This document shows, in pieces, positions 1 through 16,699 of a stretch of DNA of 64,000 nt. Numbering within the stretch: the stretch's first letter is position 1; each line of letters begins with the position of its first letter. Position numbers and translations under genes: made by a program. Source of the stretch: Lytechinus pictus (lineage: Eukaryota); the NCBI RefSeq assembly GCF_037042905.1, contig NC_087250.1, positions 13,952,001 to 14,016,000 on the forward strand. Reading direction: 5' to 3'. The notes below the pieces were generated by a model. The model worked only from the letters and a program-made list of their open reading frames with translations. It was not told where the DNA came from and searched no databases.

Positions 1-256
1 TAGTGTTCACAGTGTAAGCGTGTTGCAGAGTGTGTTCAGTGTTGCACAGTGTGTTTAGTGTCCACAGTGTAAGCACGTTGACAGTGTTGCAGAGTGTGTT
101 CAGTGTTGCACAGTGTGTTTAGTGTCCACAGTGTAAGCGTGTTGACAGTGTTGCAGAGTGTGTACAGTGATCACAGTGTTTTTAGTGTCCACAGTGTTGC
201 AGTGTGTTTAGTGTCCACAGTGCTGCAGTGTGGTCAAAGTGTTGCACTGTGTGGTA
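1..256. repeat. Tandem repeat built from CAGTGT(G/T)-rich subunits
   Basis: Repeated cagtgttgcacagtgtgtttagtgtccacagtgt blocks; runs off the left edge of the window. Confidence 0.85.
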
Positions 257-794
257 AAAGTGCATTCAAGGAACCAATCCTCCCAGGTACCCGAACCTGT
301 CAACCTTCTACAACCCCAAAAAGGTATTCTTATAAGGAAAAAAAGTATTTTTTGACAAAAAAGAGTATATTTAAAAACTTGTCTCAACATAACAATCGCC
401 AGCCTGTTGTAATGAGATCGGCGAAAGAACATGTGAAATGAATCAACTTGAAAACTTGATAATTCACCCTGTTAAACATGTGCTCGTAGGCAAGAATTTA
501 CTTGTTCTTTTCATGCAACAAATTACTGGCCCGACAGTGATTTTTACCGGTCTGGGACTGTCGGACTGGCGCTAGTGTGGCGCGCTATGTATAATACATA
601 CTCCATGATCAGAAATTATTTTATAAAGTAACAAGTCATACAAAAAAGTATTGGTGTATTTATAGCAAAAAAGAGGAACAAATACTCTAAAAAGGGAACA
701 GTTGGCATGTCTGGGTACCCATTTACTTCCTCTAGGAAGTAAATTAATTAATTTATGTTTTATGAGACAATATTAATAATAGCTGGATCTTATG

Positions 795-1165
795 CAGCAC
801 TTTTCCCATAACAGCTCAAACTGCTTTATTGCATATCATTACCCCGGTCATTGGATTAATTTCAATCCCACGTGAAAAGTGCACGATTTCCTTTCACTGG
901 AGGGCATTCCTTGCATTCATCGCAGCCTCATAATGGCGCTGTCAAATTCAAACATACAATAATTTCCTTCAGCGAGATATTTATCCTCATTGTGCTGCAC
1001 TCAACCCAAGTGAGGTGAATGGGTACCCGGTAGGAAGAAATTCCTTGAATGCCTGAGCGCCTAAGCAGCCCGGGTAAAGCTGGGGTAATAATAATAGCAG
1101 GGCCCGCTGTTAAAACAGTTTTCAGAACTGAAGTGGCTTCCCTGGGTAAATATACCTATATTATA
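795..1165. mobile_element. Nested SINE-derived segment, paralogous to 44128-44510
   Basis: Near-identical to 44128-44510. Contains the SINE core-like motif gcactcaaccca.gtgaggtgaatgggtacccgg, also seen at about 27560-27600. Continues at 4586 after an insertion. Confidence 0.65.
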
Positions 1166-4100
1166 GGTTTTCCAGGTCAAATGTCCGCCGTGTCAGAGCA
1201 AGTGTCCGATTAGGTAATTCAAATGTCGATAGGGAATTCAAATGTCCCATTAACCAGAATTGTATCCCAATAGATGAATACAATGTCCTTAGGGAAGTCA
1301 AATGTCCGCACAATAGAATTCATTTTTTTATACGTAAATCAAATGTCCTAATAGGTAAATAAGATGTCCGTAGGGAATGCAAATATCCGTTCAATAGCAA
1401 TTGTTACATAATCATGCATGAATTAAGGCATCAAGTCGTACATAGGTAAATCAAATGTCGTTTAGATAATTCAAATGTCCATTTGCTAAATGATGCTGAA
1501 AAGAGATTGAAATTTTCTTATAATGTATGACAAATGTACGCATTAAGTATCGAAATTCTGTTCAGTAGTAAAGATTATTCAAACAATAGGGTAAAACCAA
1601 TTACAATTTGGTTTATTGAAATAAAAAGGGGAAAAAATACTTGATCATTTGTTGAAAGCTTAACAGAAACAAACATGCTTCATACCAAGAGTGTAACATA
1701 AATAACATATTTATTTAAAATAATATGCGTTGAAATTGATTGTTATGTCTAAATATTTGTTCTCATCGAACATTGACAATGTAGGCATCACTCTGCTAGT
1801 CTTCCATATAGGGTCCAAAACAAGGTAAATAACAAATGATGAAAAAGATATGAAAAAATGAATAATTGTTAATAAAGAAGACAGAACCTTTGTTTGAATT
1901 AATTAAGGAATAAGAGGTACTTCTAATAAATCAAGGTTAGTTGCATAATGATGTTTTTTTAAGTACAAGAATTCGAAATACTATCCTGCCTGAGTGAGAC
2001 TTTTGAAAATGAAAACTTCTTATCGAGCTAGATACACCCTACCCACCCCCTCTAATAAAATCGACTTAAAGTAATTAAAATCCACCCCAGCATTGAAAAT
2101 TATATCGTCTAAGAGGTTTATCTGAATTACCAAAATATAATTTAAGTGGATTTCTGACAGCACTGCACGTTATGCCTCAGGTAATGCAAATGAGTGTATA
2201 AAATGTAACCGTTATGAATTAACATGCATTTTCATGAAGAGATGGTTTAGCATATGGCACAAAAAATAAGGTTGTAGATTTATTCATGATAAAAATACAG
2301 ACATATTAATAGAAATAATTTTCATTTGTGCCTGCAAGAAGATAAATTACATGTTTGGGATGGGTGAGAGACTGAGGAAATTTATCTATATATAAACTGA
2401 TACTTAGAAGAATTAAACAATTATTTTTATGAACTTGAATAGGTTTCATAACTTAAGGAACAAACATTTTGACAAATAATGAGTTTTTCATATGAATTAT
2501 GAAAGTAAATGCCATGTTAAGATTTATATATTCTGGGTTTGAGTAAATCAATGTAAATAATATCCGTAATTTGTCCGTAGATCATGTTGTGTGGCGTTCG
2601 ATATGTAGTGGAAGGAATACAATTTGGTAAATAAACAACAGAATATGTAAGAAAAATTACATTTTACACCCATAGAGACTATTGAAACCACTATGACATT
2701 TGTTTGATTGCCTATAACAAATGAGTAGAGAAGGAAAAGTTGAAAAGGTGGAATGAATGGAAGGAGAAAAGAGCCTGATACAAAAAGGCGCTCAATCTCC
2801 ACCAAGAAATAAACGGCTCCAAAACAGGTGCGGGGTAGAATGAAAAGGGAAGAAATATATGAATGTGTAAAAAAACTAGAGATGCTCGGCGGGTCACGCA
2901 GCCGAGCACATGTATTCCCTGAACCCACCGCATCATCCGTCATTGCCATATATAGAGCTCACACAGAAATTTGACAAATAAATACAATTATCATGGCGAC
3001 AATGACCCTAGCATGCAGGCCCCCAAGTCCATCTACCATCCAAGTTTGCTTGAAAAGTGACTTACTGTTGCGGAGTTAGGTATCTTAGAGAGTCTTGCAT
3101 GTAAACTTTAACATTCACTTGAAAATGACCTTCGACCTTACCATGTGACCTCCGACTGCAGCATAACATGCAGGTACCCCAAATCCATCTACCATCCAAG
3201 TTTGGTTGAAAAGTGACATATGGTTGCAGAGTTAGGTGTCATAAGAGAGTCTTGCATGTAAACTTTAGCGTTGACCTGAAAATGACCTTTGACCTTACCA
3301 TGTGACCTCTGACTGCAGCATAACATGCAGGTTCCCCAGGTCCATCTACCATCCAAGTTTGGTTGAAAAGTGACTTACGGTTGCGGAGTTAGGTGTCATA
3401 AGAGAGTCTTGCATGTAAACTTTAACGTTGACCTGAAAATTACCTTTGACCTTACCATGTGACCTCGAACTGCAGCATAACATGCAGGTCCCCCAAGTCC
3501 ATATACCATCCAAGTTTTGTTGAAAAGTGACTTACGGCTGTGGAGTTGTGTCATAAGGTTTGTGACGGACGGACGGGCGACGTTTGGATCCCTCAGTCTC
3601 GCCTTCACCTCTGGTGGGTGAGACAAAAACTCTTGTTACCATGGCAACACTGTCTCCGCCCACACCAAAATCAATGGGCGGCTTTGCTTTACCATAATGG
3701 ACCTTCATGCCACATTAAAAGATGATCGGAGAAGAAATGCAGCTGGTAGAGTGCTCACAAGGACATCTCTGCTATATTTCCACAAAAACTCTTGTTACCA
3801 TGGCAACGATGTCTCCGCCCACACCAAAATCAATAGGCTTCTTCGCTATACCATACTCAACCTTCATGCCAAATTTGAAGATGATCGGAGAAGAAATGCA
3901 GCTGATAGAGCGCTCACAAGGAAATCTCTGCGGCGGACGCGGCGGGACGAGGCCAAATCCATAGTATCCTCCGAACTCTGTTTGGGGGATACAATAAATA
4001 AATAAGACAAATACAACATACAGGGCCAAGACCCCCCCCCAAAAAAAACAATAGACAAAAAATGAATAAATCAATAAATAATAATAAGGATAAAATCAAG

Positions 4101-4585
4101 GAGGTCAGCAAATTTGTGAAATGAGGGGGGAGGGGAATCCCTTGCCTGACAAATGGATAGATCGAGCAGGAAGGGAAAGGGAAAGCTGAGTGACGGAAAG
4201 TAAAAAAGCGACAGATGAAAAAATGAAGTTATCATGTTCGAATAATCTTTATTTCAAACCGTGGACAATTGAGATCCCTATACGACATTTGTTTTCCCAA
4301 GTGGGATATTACACTCTCTCATTGGTCATTTAGTTCCCTATGTGACTTTTGGTTTCCCTGATCGGATATTTGATATAGCTATATGGACACTTTAAACCTA
4401 CGTGGACATTTGAACTTCCTAATCGGATATTTGATTTAGCTATGACACTTTGAACCTCCATGGACATTTGAAATCCCTAATCGGACATCCATATTCTTAT
4501 GCGGACATTTGTTCATGTACACGGACATTTGAAATACCTATATGGACGATTGGTTCCAATCTGCGGACATTTGACCAGGAAAACC
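1166..4585. mobile_element. Non-autonomous DNA transposon (about 3.4 kb) with TIRs and subterminal caaatgtcc repeats
   Basis: TIRs ggttttccaggtcaaatgtccgc / gcggacatttgaccaggaaaacc (1 mismatch), tata on both flanks. Absent from the paralogous site near 44495. Confidence 0.85.
2874..3995 (+). mobile_element. Helentron/HINE-like composite element(s) with internal tandem repeats
   Basis: Starts AACTAGAGATGCTC. Four ~157-bp units with tgacctttgacc (3013-3560), a (ggac)n tract plus hairpin gtctcgcc...ggtgagac, two ~160-bp units (3625-3925), and a terminal hairpin gtatcctcc...gggggatac. Confidence 0.65.
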
Positions 4586-4755
4586 TATATCATTATTATA
4601 ATAAATTTTGCATCCTATCGGGTACCCATTTAGCACCTGGGTCGAGAGTGGCAAAGTGATTAACGCCTTGGCAAAGGACGCTACACTGCGGCGGGATTCG
4701 AACACATGACTCTCTGCTTACAAGGCGACAGTCAGAACCACTACGCCATGGCTCT
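4586..4755 (-). mobile_element. 5' head of a tRNA-derived SINE
   Basis: Minus strand has an A-box-like tggcgtagtgg and B box gttcgaatcc, followed by the SINE core cactctcgacccaggtgctaaatgggtacc. Confidence 0.75.
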
Positions 4756-4837
4756 ACCTAGATGCTTTACCACATTGATCACATGCACAGGGCTTCTCAC
4801 CTGTATGGATTTGATTGTATCTCATGAGAGAAACCTG

Positions 4838-5451
4838 GGCCCGTATTCCATAAACGAGATAAGCTTTTTGCTTAAGTTTGAGCAATTTGCCTTAGCATTT
4901 TGCTTGTCTAAAAAATCTTCCCTAACGATATTTCATAAACTTTAAGACATTTTTCTCAAGTCAGAGGATATGGCTAAGCCAAAGTCTCAAATTCTATGAC
5001 GTCATGAGAATATTGCAATGTCGCATAACTTTTGTCGCAAACCTAACAGCTGCTCCGCGGTAAAAAGTCTATGTGTTTTATGTGTTAAAGCAAAAATCGC
5101 ATCATAAGAAATATCAAGATGGAGGCTGAGAAAAAAGGAAGGCCAATTTCACTGAAGGAGAGAAAATTACGCTAATAGCAAAAATAAGAGAAAGGGAAGA
5201 AATCTTGAAACCCACGTCTAATTTACGTATCACGTTTCAGGATAAAGAAAAGGCGTGGGCCAAAATTGCCTTGAAACTAAAAAAAATTAAGACAGCTCAC
5301 AACTGCCTCAATGTTAGGGCAAAATTCTTAGCCATGTTGAATTTATGGAATACGCGTCTTGGCTAAGAATTTTGTCTTAGATAGAAAATAAGACAAAATG
5401 CTTAGATTTTTTACTTTTAAGTATGCTTATCTCGTTTATGGAATACAGGCC
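4838..5451 (+). mobile_element. PIF/Harbinger deletion derivative carrying a Myb/SANT-like fragment
   Basis: TIRs ggcccgtattccataaacgagataagc / gcttatctcgtttatggaatacaggcc with CTG duplication. About 5138-5282 reads KANFTEGEKITLIAKIREREEILKPTSNLRITFQDKEKAWAKIALKL, resembling the Harbinger Myb-like protein. Inserted into degenerate zinc-finger sequence. Confidence 0.8.
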
Positions 5452-5619
5452 CTGAATAGCAACCTTACCACATAGATCACAAAAATATGGCTTCTAACCT
5501 GTATGGTATAGGATTGGAAGACAATTGCCTTCGATCACATAGGAAATCTAAACTCTTAACCTGTGTGGATTTTTTTAATGGTTTTGTGAGATGGTGGGGT
5601 CGATACTTTACCACATTGA

Positions 5620-8418
<2,799 letters not shown>

Positions 8419-8428
<10 letters not shown>

Positions 8429-11400
8429 TTAAATGCCTTACCACATTGATCAAACACATAGGGTTTCTCACCTGTATGGAATAATTTATGCCTTCTGAAA
8501 TCCCTATATTTATAAAATGCCTTACCACATTGATTACATACATGGGTTTTCTCACCTGTATAGATTAGTTTATGTGTTGTGAGACTATGTTTTTGATTGA
8601 ATGCCTTACCACATTGATCACACACATACTGTCTCTCACTTGTATGGATTTGTTTATGTATCGCGACACTATCAATTTGATTAAATGCCTTACCACATTG
8701 ATCGCATACATAAGGTTTCTCACCTGTATGGATTCGTTTGTGTCTTTTGAGGTCACTAGCTTGAATAAATGCCTTACCACATTGATCACATACATACAGT
8801 TTCTCACTCGTATGGATTCGTTTATGTGCTGTTAGACCATAAGATCTGGTAAATGCCCTTCCACACCTATCACATACATAGGGCTTCTTACCGGTATGGA
8901 TTTGTATATGTCTAGTGAGTTGGATAAATTCAGTAAATGTCTTGCCACATTGATCACACACATGGAGCTTCTCACCAGTATGTATGAGTTTATGTCTTTT
9001 GAGGTCACTAGCTTGAATAAATGCCTTACTACATTGTTCACATACATAGGGTTTCTCACCTGTATGGGTCCGTTTATGTGTTGTGAGATTCCATTTGTAA
9101 TTAAATGCATCACCGCATTGATCACATACACAAGGATTCTCACCTGTATGGATTTGTTTATGTGCTGTCAGATTAGATTGCCGAGCATATGCCTTACCAC
9201 ATTGATCATATACATAAGGATTCCCACCTGTATGATTTAGTTTATGTGCTGTTAGATCATAAGATCTGGTAAATGCCCTTCCACATTGATCACATACATA
9301 GGGCTTGTCACCTGTATGGATTTGTTTATGAATTCTGAGATTCCATTCATATTTAAATGCCTTATCGCATTGGTCACACACATAAGGTTTCTCAACTGTA
9401 TGGATTCGTTTATGTCTTATGACACTCTGTTTTTTGTTAAATCCCTTACCACATTGATCACATACATATGGTTTCTCACCTGCATGGATTCGATTATGTC
9501 TTATGAGACTCTGTTTTTTATCAAATCCCTTACCACATTGATCACATACATAAGGTTTCTCAACTGTATGGATTCGTTTATGTCTTATGAGACTCTGTTT
9601 TTTGTTAAATCCCTTACCACATTGATCACATACATATGGTTTCTCACCTGCATGGATTCGATTATGTCTTATGAGACTCTGTGTTTTATCAAATCCCTTA
9701 CCACATTGATCACATACATAAGGTTTCTCAACTGTGTGGATTCGTTTATGTCTTATGAGACTCTGTTTTTTGTTAAATCCCTTACCACATTGATCACATA
9801 CATAGGGTTTCTCACCTGCATGGATTCGATTATGTCTTATGAGACTCTGTTTTTTATTAAATCCCTTACCACATTGATCACATATATAAGATTTCTCAAC
9901 TGTATGCATTCGATTATGTCTTATGAGACTCTGTTTTTTGTTAAATGCCTTACCACATTGATCACATACATAGGGTTTCTCACCTGCATGGATTCGATTA
10001 TGTCTTATGAGACTCTGTTTTTTGTTAAATCCCTTACATTGATCACATACATAAGGTTTCTCACCTGTATGGATTCGATTATGTCTTATGAGACTCTGTT
10101 TTTTGTTAAATGCCTTACCACATTGATCACATACATAGGGTTTCTCACCTGCTTGGATTCGTTTATGTCTTATGAGACTCTGTTTTTTATTAAATGCCTT
10201 ACCACATTGATCACATACATAGGGTTTCTCACCTGCATGGATTCGATTATGTCTTATGAGACTCTGTTTTTTATTAAATCCCTTACCACATTGATCACAT
10301 ACATAGGGTTTCTCACCTGCATGGATTCGATTATGTCTTATGAGACTCTGTTTTTTATGAAATCCCTTACCACATTGATCACATACATAAGGTTTCTCAC
10401 CTGCATGGATTCGATTATGTCTTATGAGACTCTGTTTTTTATGAAATCCCTTACCACATTGATCACATACATAAGGTTTCTCACCTGTATGGATTCGTTT
10501 ATGTGCTGTGAGATTAGATTGTCGAGCATATGCCTTACCACATTGATCACATACATAAAGATTTTCACCTGTATGGATTAGTTTATGTGCTGTTAGATCA
10601 TAAGATCTCGTAAATGCCCTTCCACAAGGATCACATACATAGGGCTTGTCACCTGTATGGATATGCTCATGAATTCTGAGATTCCATTTGTATCTAAATG
10701 CCTTATCACATTGATCACACACATAGAGCTTCTCACCAGTATGGATTAGTTTATGTCTTGTGAGACCATTAGATTGACTAAATGCCATACCACATTGATC
10801 ACATACAGAGGGCCTTCCAGCGGTATGGATTTGTTTATGCCTTATGAGACTCTGTTTTTTATTAAATGCCTTAACACATTGATCACATACATACGGTTTC
10901 TCACCTGTATGGATTCGTTTATGTCTTATGAGACTTTGTTTTTTATTAAATCCCTTACCACATTGATCACATACATAGGGTTTCTCACCTGAATGGATTC
11001 GTTTATGTCTTTTAAGACTCTGTTTTTTGTAAAATGCTTTACCACATTGATCACATATATAGGGTTTCTCACCTGTATGGATTCGTGTATGTCTTATGAG
11101 ACTATGTTTTTTGTTAAATGCCTTAACACATTGACCACATACATAGGGTTTCTCACCTGTATGGATTCGTTTATGTCTTATGAGACTCTGTTTTTTATTA
11201 AATCCCTTACCACATTGATCACATACATAAGGTCTCTCATCTGTATGGATTCGTTTATGTCTTATGAGACTCTGTTTTTTGTTAAATGCCTTAGCACATT
11301 GATCACATACATAGGGTTTCTCACCTGCATGGATTCGAATATGTTTTATGAGACTCTGTTTTTTATTAAATCCCTTACCACATTGACCACATACATAGGG

Positions 11401-12608
11401 CTTCTCACCAGTATGGATTAGTTTATGTCTTGTGAGATTACCAGATCTACTAAATCCCTTACCACATTCATCGCATACATAAGGATTCCCACCTGTATGG
11501 ATCCGTTTATGTGTTGCGAGACTCTGAGATCGATTGAATGCCTTACCACATTGACCACATACATAAGATTTCTTACCTGTATGGATTCGTTTATGTGCTG
11601 TGAGATTAGATTGCCGAGCATATGCCTTACCACATTGATCACATACATAGGGTTTCTCACCTGTATGGATTAGTTTATGTCTTGTGAGACTCTGAGATTG
11701 ATTGAATGCCTTACCACATTGACCACATACATAGGGCTTGTCACCTGTATGGATATGTTTATGACTTCTGAGATGCCATTTGTGTCTAAATACCTTATCG
11801 CATTGATCACACACATAGGGCTTCTCACCAGTATGGATTAGTTTATGTCTTGTGAGATTACCAGATCTACTAAATCCCTTACCACATTCATCGCATACAT
11901 AAGGATTCCCACCTGTATGGATCTGTTTATGTGTTGCGAGACTCTGAGATTGATTGAATGCCTTACCACACTGACCACATACATAGGGCTTGTCACCTGT
12001 ATGGATATGTTTATGACTTCTGAGATTCCGTTTGTATTTAAATGCCTTACCACATTGATCGCATACATAGGGCCTTTCACCGGTATGGATATGTTTATGT
12101 CTTGTGAGATCATAAGATAGACTAAATCCCTTACCACATTGATCGCATACATAGGGCCTTTCACCGGTATGGATTTGTTTATGTCTAGTGAGATGATGTT
12201 CTAATTTAAATGCCTCACCGCATTGATCACATACATACAGTTTCTCACCTCTATGGATTCGTTTATGTCTTATGAGACTCTGTTTTTTATTAAATGCCTT
12301 ACCACATTGATCACATACAGAGGGCTTCTCATCATTAATTACTTCATGGCATGATGCAAAATATGAATCAATACTGGACTTACACTCAAGTATCATATTT
12401 CCTTCTTTTAAAATCCCCATTTCACCAAGTTCAAAGTCATTAGATTTACAGGGAGGTCTTTGTATTTCTCCATCAACAAACTGTAGAATGCCCTCCTGCG
12501 ACCGCATGTAGATACCACGTATTCCATGTTTGTACTTGAGATGCCTTGCTAAGATGAGAGGAATAGCATAGAATGATCCACAGTACTCACATCGGTAGAT
12601 CCCAGAAT
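8419..12608 (-). CDS. Gene A last coding exon: isolated C2H2 finger, spacer, then ~46 tandem C2H2 fingers
   Basis: Acceptor ctttttcaatAG|ATTCT, phase 1. Reads DSGIYRCEYCGSFYAIPLILARHLKYKHG in frame with the 1362-aa ORF, with TGEKPY linkers. Confidence 0.93.
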
Positions 12609-12737
12609 CTATTGAAAAAGAAATTTACATTGTCATATTATCATTAAATGATTCAGAGATTATATTAGGCCCGTAAAGACTCAAACATGATCGAAAAAGA
12701 ACATGGCAAAAAAATGACTTCAGTGTAAAACATACAT

Positions 12738-13047
12738 GGCCCGTATTCTGATAGCAGGTTTAACTTAAACTCTGGTTTAAAGTTGTGGTTTAAGTATGGA
12801 GAGCCAATTGTTACATAAATCACTAACAGTAGAGATATCATACTTCAGCTCATTTGGCTCTCAAATCATTCATAATTGTCTAGGAAGTATAAATAGATGA
12901 TTGTCTTCACCATCATGAATAAGGAAAGAGCATAGTAAACATAAGAAACATACAACTTAATAAAAATTTTGATACTTTTGGCTTCCCATACTTAAACCAC
13001 AACTTTAAACCTGAGTTTAAGTTAAACCTGCTATCAGAATACGGGCC
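12738..13047. mobile_element. Harbinger-like MITE in the last intron of gene A (shared with gene B)
   Basis: ~60-bp TIRs beginning ggcccgtattctgatagcaggtttaac; same element at 49536-49845. Confidence 0.8.
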
Positions 13048-13724
13048 ATGGGGAGTCTTAGGATGACAGTCGCATCATCGTTTGCATGCAGATACATTGC
13101 CAAGTGGCTTGTTCCAAATCAACATATAACTCGGGATGACATGATATATCATCCATGACTAGACAAGCCTTACATTGTATAACATGTACATGGAAGCAAG
13201 GATTAAAGTTCAGCAACCAAGACAACTGCCCCTACCCCTATACTTTTCAAGTAGTGAAAGGGGGGGGGGTGTGGATAACCAAAAGGAGAGAAGAAAATCA
13301 GAGATGTATAGATTATGTCAAGAAAATAAGACCATAAGCATTTATAAGTTTTAAAACAGAATGACTGTAGAGCTTTATTCTACATTATCCATCGGCGTAA
13401 AATGTGCCTATATTAATATGGACAGATGTTTGTTGACTGCAGTCTGTATGTGGCATTTATGTCCTTCATGTATACACTGGTGTTAGTATATAGATTAACA
13501 TAAACTTTAAATTCCAGTATACGGTCCTTAAGAGTGAAGAAAGAAGGTACTATTTCTCTCTTTTTAGGTAGTATCCAACTATATCAAGATACCCTACAGA
13601 ATTGAGATGGGAATGTAATTGATGTACAGAATTTTTAGGGAAGATCTATTTATTTCTTCACTGGTTAAACATAACCACTCATAAAAAAAAGAGGTCAAAT
13701 ACATATTGTTTTTTCTTTTTTTAC

Positions 13725-14142
13725 CTGAGCCCTTTCTTTCCTGCCAATCATCTCCTTCCTCCACTTTTGAACAAGATGGTTGGGATTGCTTGGGGGTCTG
13801 GTTGCCCGCTGAAGCTACTTCTGTCAAGGTCTGTTCAGTCTCCAGATCACATGACTTTGTTTTGAGATCCCCTGACTGAGTGTTGAGATCACCCAATTGC
13901 TTGGGAGTCTGGTCTCCCCCTGAAGCTACTTTTGTCAAGGTTTGTTCTGCCTTCAGATAACCTGACTGAGTGTTGAGATCACCTGACCTCTGATCACCTG
14001 ATGATGTTAGATTGATTTGTGTCTGGATAGCCTCATCATAGTCCTCAATTGCAAGGAGTGCAATGATTCCTTCTCCTTTGATTTCATGAGCATTTAGCAG
14101 ATTCCCATCATCATCATACTCAATCTCCACTTTAATAGTGAC
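13725..14142 (-). CDS. Gene A coding exon 4: acidic linker with internal repeats
   Basis: ttttaattAG|GTCACT ... GGCTCAG|GTaaaa; 418 nt, phase 0 to 1; VTIKVEIEYDDDG...ERKGS; conserved in gene B. Confidence 0.85.
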
Positions 14143-14617
14143 CTAATTAAAAAGAAAAAGGGACAAACTTTCACATATAACTGATGACATGACATACATG
14201 TTTACTTTGACACATGATCAGATTCATCCTATTCTTAGTGTGCCATCATAATGCAACCTGTGTTAAAAGACAGTTGGAGAACTATACTGTCTAGATTTTC
14301 CCTATGATATACTTTTGTTTATGGACTTTAATTACTCTATTGATCTCCAATATACCATTTAAAAGTCAATGAATGAGGACTTTGCATTGTTCTGTTACAG
14401 TCCATGGATGATTCAAACATGACCAGCTTGGCCATTCCTCACTAGAAACTAGAAAGAGTGATTCACTAGAACGGTAAAAGAGCTTGTGCTTCATCAAAGT
14501 AAAAGTTCACCATATAAAATGCAAAAATAGCAGAAAAAATTATTAAAAATATTGGTTAAGGTTTTAGGAAAATCCAGCAAGGATGAAAAAGTTAATATAA
14601 TTATTTTTTATTTGTGA

Positions 14618-15785
14618 CTGTTTCGATGATCGAAACTATTTATTTGTTGCAGATACCATAATATATGTTTATAGGTAAAAATCGGTTTCAGCCTAAAATT
14701 TTAGCTTCGAAACGTCATAAAACATCGAGCAATAAGTTTTGACAGAGTGCTTGAAATTTCTCAAAAAGTACCAGATTCCGTCTAGGATGAAGCTTGGCCA
14801 ACTAGTATTATGTAAAACAAAGTTCGTAGTTCCTGCCAAAGAAGTAAGTGTGCTTAGATATTGTTTTAAAAGGTTTTCTAAACCAATTATCTAAAATGTA
14901 AAAATGAAAGTGAAGAAAACCTTCACGTGGTTAAATGTTCATTTGCATAAATTTTGCATATTGTGAGGTCGCCGTATAGATAACAGAATGCGACACGTCT
15001 TGTATGAAAAAAGGTATAAAATTCATTGTGTTATACTTGTCAAGGAAAAAGAGAACGGAAAGAAATAATTGAGTTGAGGATAAATTATTTTGATGATAAT
15101 TATTTAAGAAATAACATTAGTTTCTTTGGATGAAAGAGGGATATGTAAGTTACGTAGATTTGGGACATGAAACCAAAACCGAAGTTACCACACTAAATTT
15201 GCATTGTTTATATTCAGCAATGAGTAGTAATTTCCAGGGTTTATGAAAGCTCATATATCTATGGAATATTATTTAAAGAGATATTATACAAGCATTTCAG
15301 ATTTATAAAATAATTTATGAATCAAACTGGACCAAAGCAATTTAATGTGGCTAGTCAAAGGAATTTAAGCAAACTTTTAAAGAGTTGTTTTGAGTAGGAT
15401 TTACAATTTGTCAAGTGAAATATTTATACTGAAATTCAAGTTGAATTTATTGTATTTTCCTGGAGATTTATTTTCCAGTACAAACATCAAAAGGATTACT
15501 GATGTAGCTTTTTTTTTAATATTTGCTAGGAAAATAATGCGGATATTTCATGAAGATATTATGATTACTACTGATAATTTTATGGTCCTTTTGCAAGTTA
15601 AGATAGAGCTGTCAAAAGTCAATAATCACACAAAGAGACATGGTTTGATGTTCATTCAGGTTCATCATTTATTTTGAGAAAGTACTATTGAAAGTGTGAT
15701 TTAATTAGACAAAATATGTTGAATTTCCGGTTCAATTGTTTGTTCTTTACAGATTGAATTTTTTTCTTCATAAACCTTAAACCAG
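14618..15785. mobile_element. Gene A-specific intronic insertion, possibly an old P/THAP9-like transposase remnant
   Basis: Absent at the gene B site near 51577; flanked by a (g)tga duplication. Only weak plus-strand motifs (FDDNYLRNNI, GYVSYVDLG). Confidence 0.5.
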
Positions 15786-16699
15786 TGATGCTTTATCATA
15801 ATTTCTGATGACTTTGATATTTTTTTTGTCTCAGGGCCCGATTCCATGCTAGAAAAATCAGCCATTTTCACAATATCTTTCAACCTGCTGTCCAAACGAA
15901 TGAAGAACAGAAAAATAATATATTGGCGATAGATAGGTAAGATGATGAGCCTTCTTGATGGATTTGGTTCAGTCGCTAAACTGTGTCTAGATTAGAGTCT
16001 GTTTTGACAGGTTAATGGCTGTAGAGGACTAATCTCCTATTCTTAATCTTATTTGTGGTTAGACAATGCCCAGAGTAGGTAAAGATCATCCACTCTTATA
16101 GGCTGCAGACAGTGAAGGCTCTACAAGGTGCATTCAGGGTCAAGTCAATCTCTGAAGTATGGAATGTCCTAAAGCAGTTCAGAATGAAGGGGGATTATTA
16201 GACCTGTTATATAGAAGAATTGTAAGAGCAATTACATTCATTTATTTAGTTATTTCCTCTTTAAGGATATCCATAGCCAAGAATGATAAAGAACATTCGA
16301 GAACGTGTTTGTAAAAGCTTTTGTTCTGCAGGCCTCATGCCTATTTAAAGGCCAAGGAATTTTATTTTTTAATAGGGAGAAGCAAACAATAGGATTCCAG
16401 TGGTAGTGGAAATGAACAATATGATTAGCTACATTGATTTCACTGAGGTCATTCAAGAATGTTTTAGAAATGAAGAATGCTCCAGAAAGGAGAATGTTCT
16501 AAATAATGGTGAATACTAGAAGTCTCTAGAATAGTTGAAATGTGTATAATATAAACTGCAGTTTCTTCAAGGACTTCATCACATCAGATCAGAACTCAGA
16601 GTTTCACGCCAGACTTTATGTCAGAGCAGAGTTCATTTCCACCTCGAATATTTATCTTCTGTGGAATTATTTGCCCGCCATCGATGAACTGTTCCACTG

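Noticed and set aside
94..441. 115-aa ORF
   Set aside because: Arises from the terminal tandem repeat.
4680..4755. tRNA gene
   Set aside because: The A/B boxes run directly into a SINE core, and there is no convincing cloverleaf.
8572..12164. Plus-strand and alternative-frame ORFs over the ZF array (e.g. 9286..10581, 431 aa)
   Set aside because: Shadow frames of the 84-bp repeat, with no independent coding signal.
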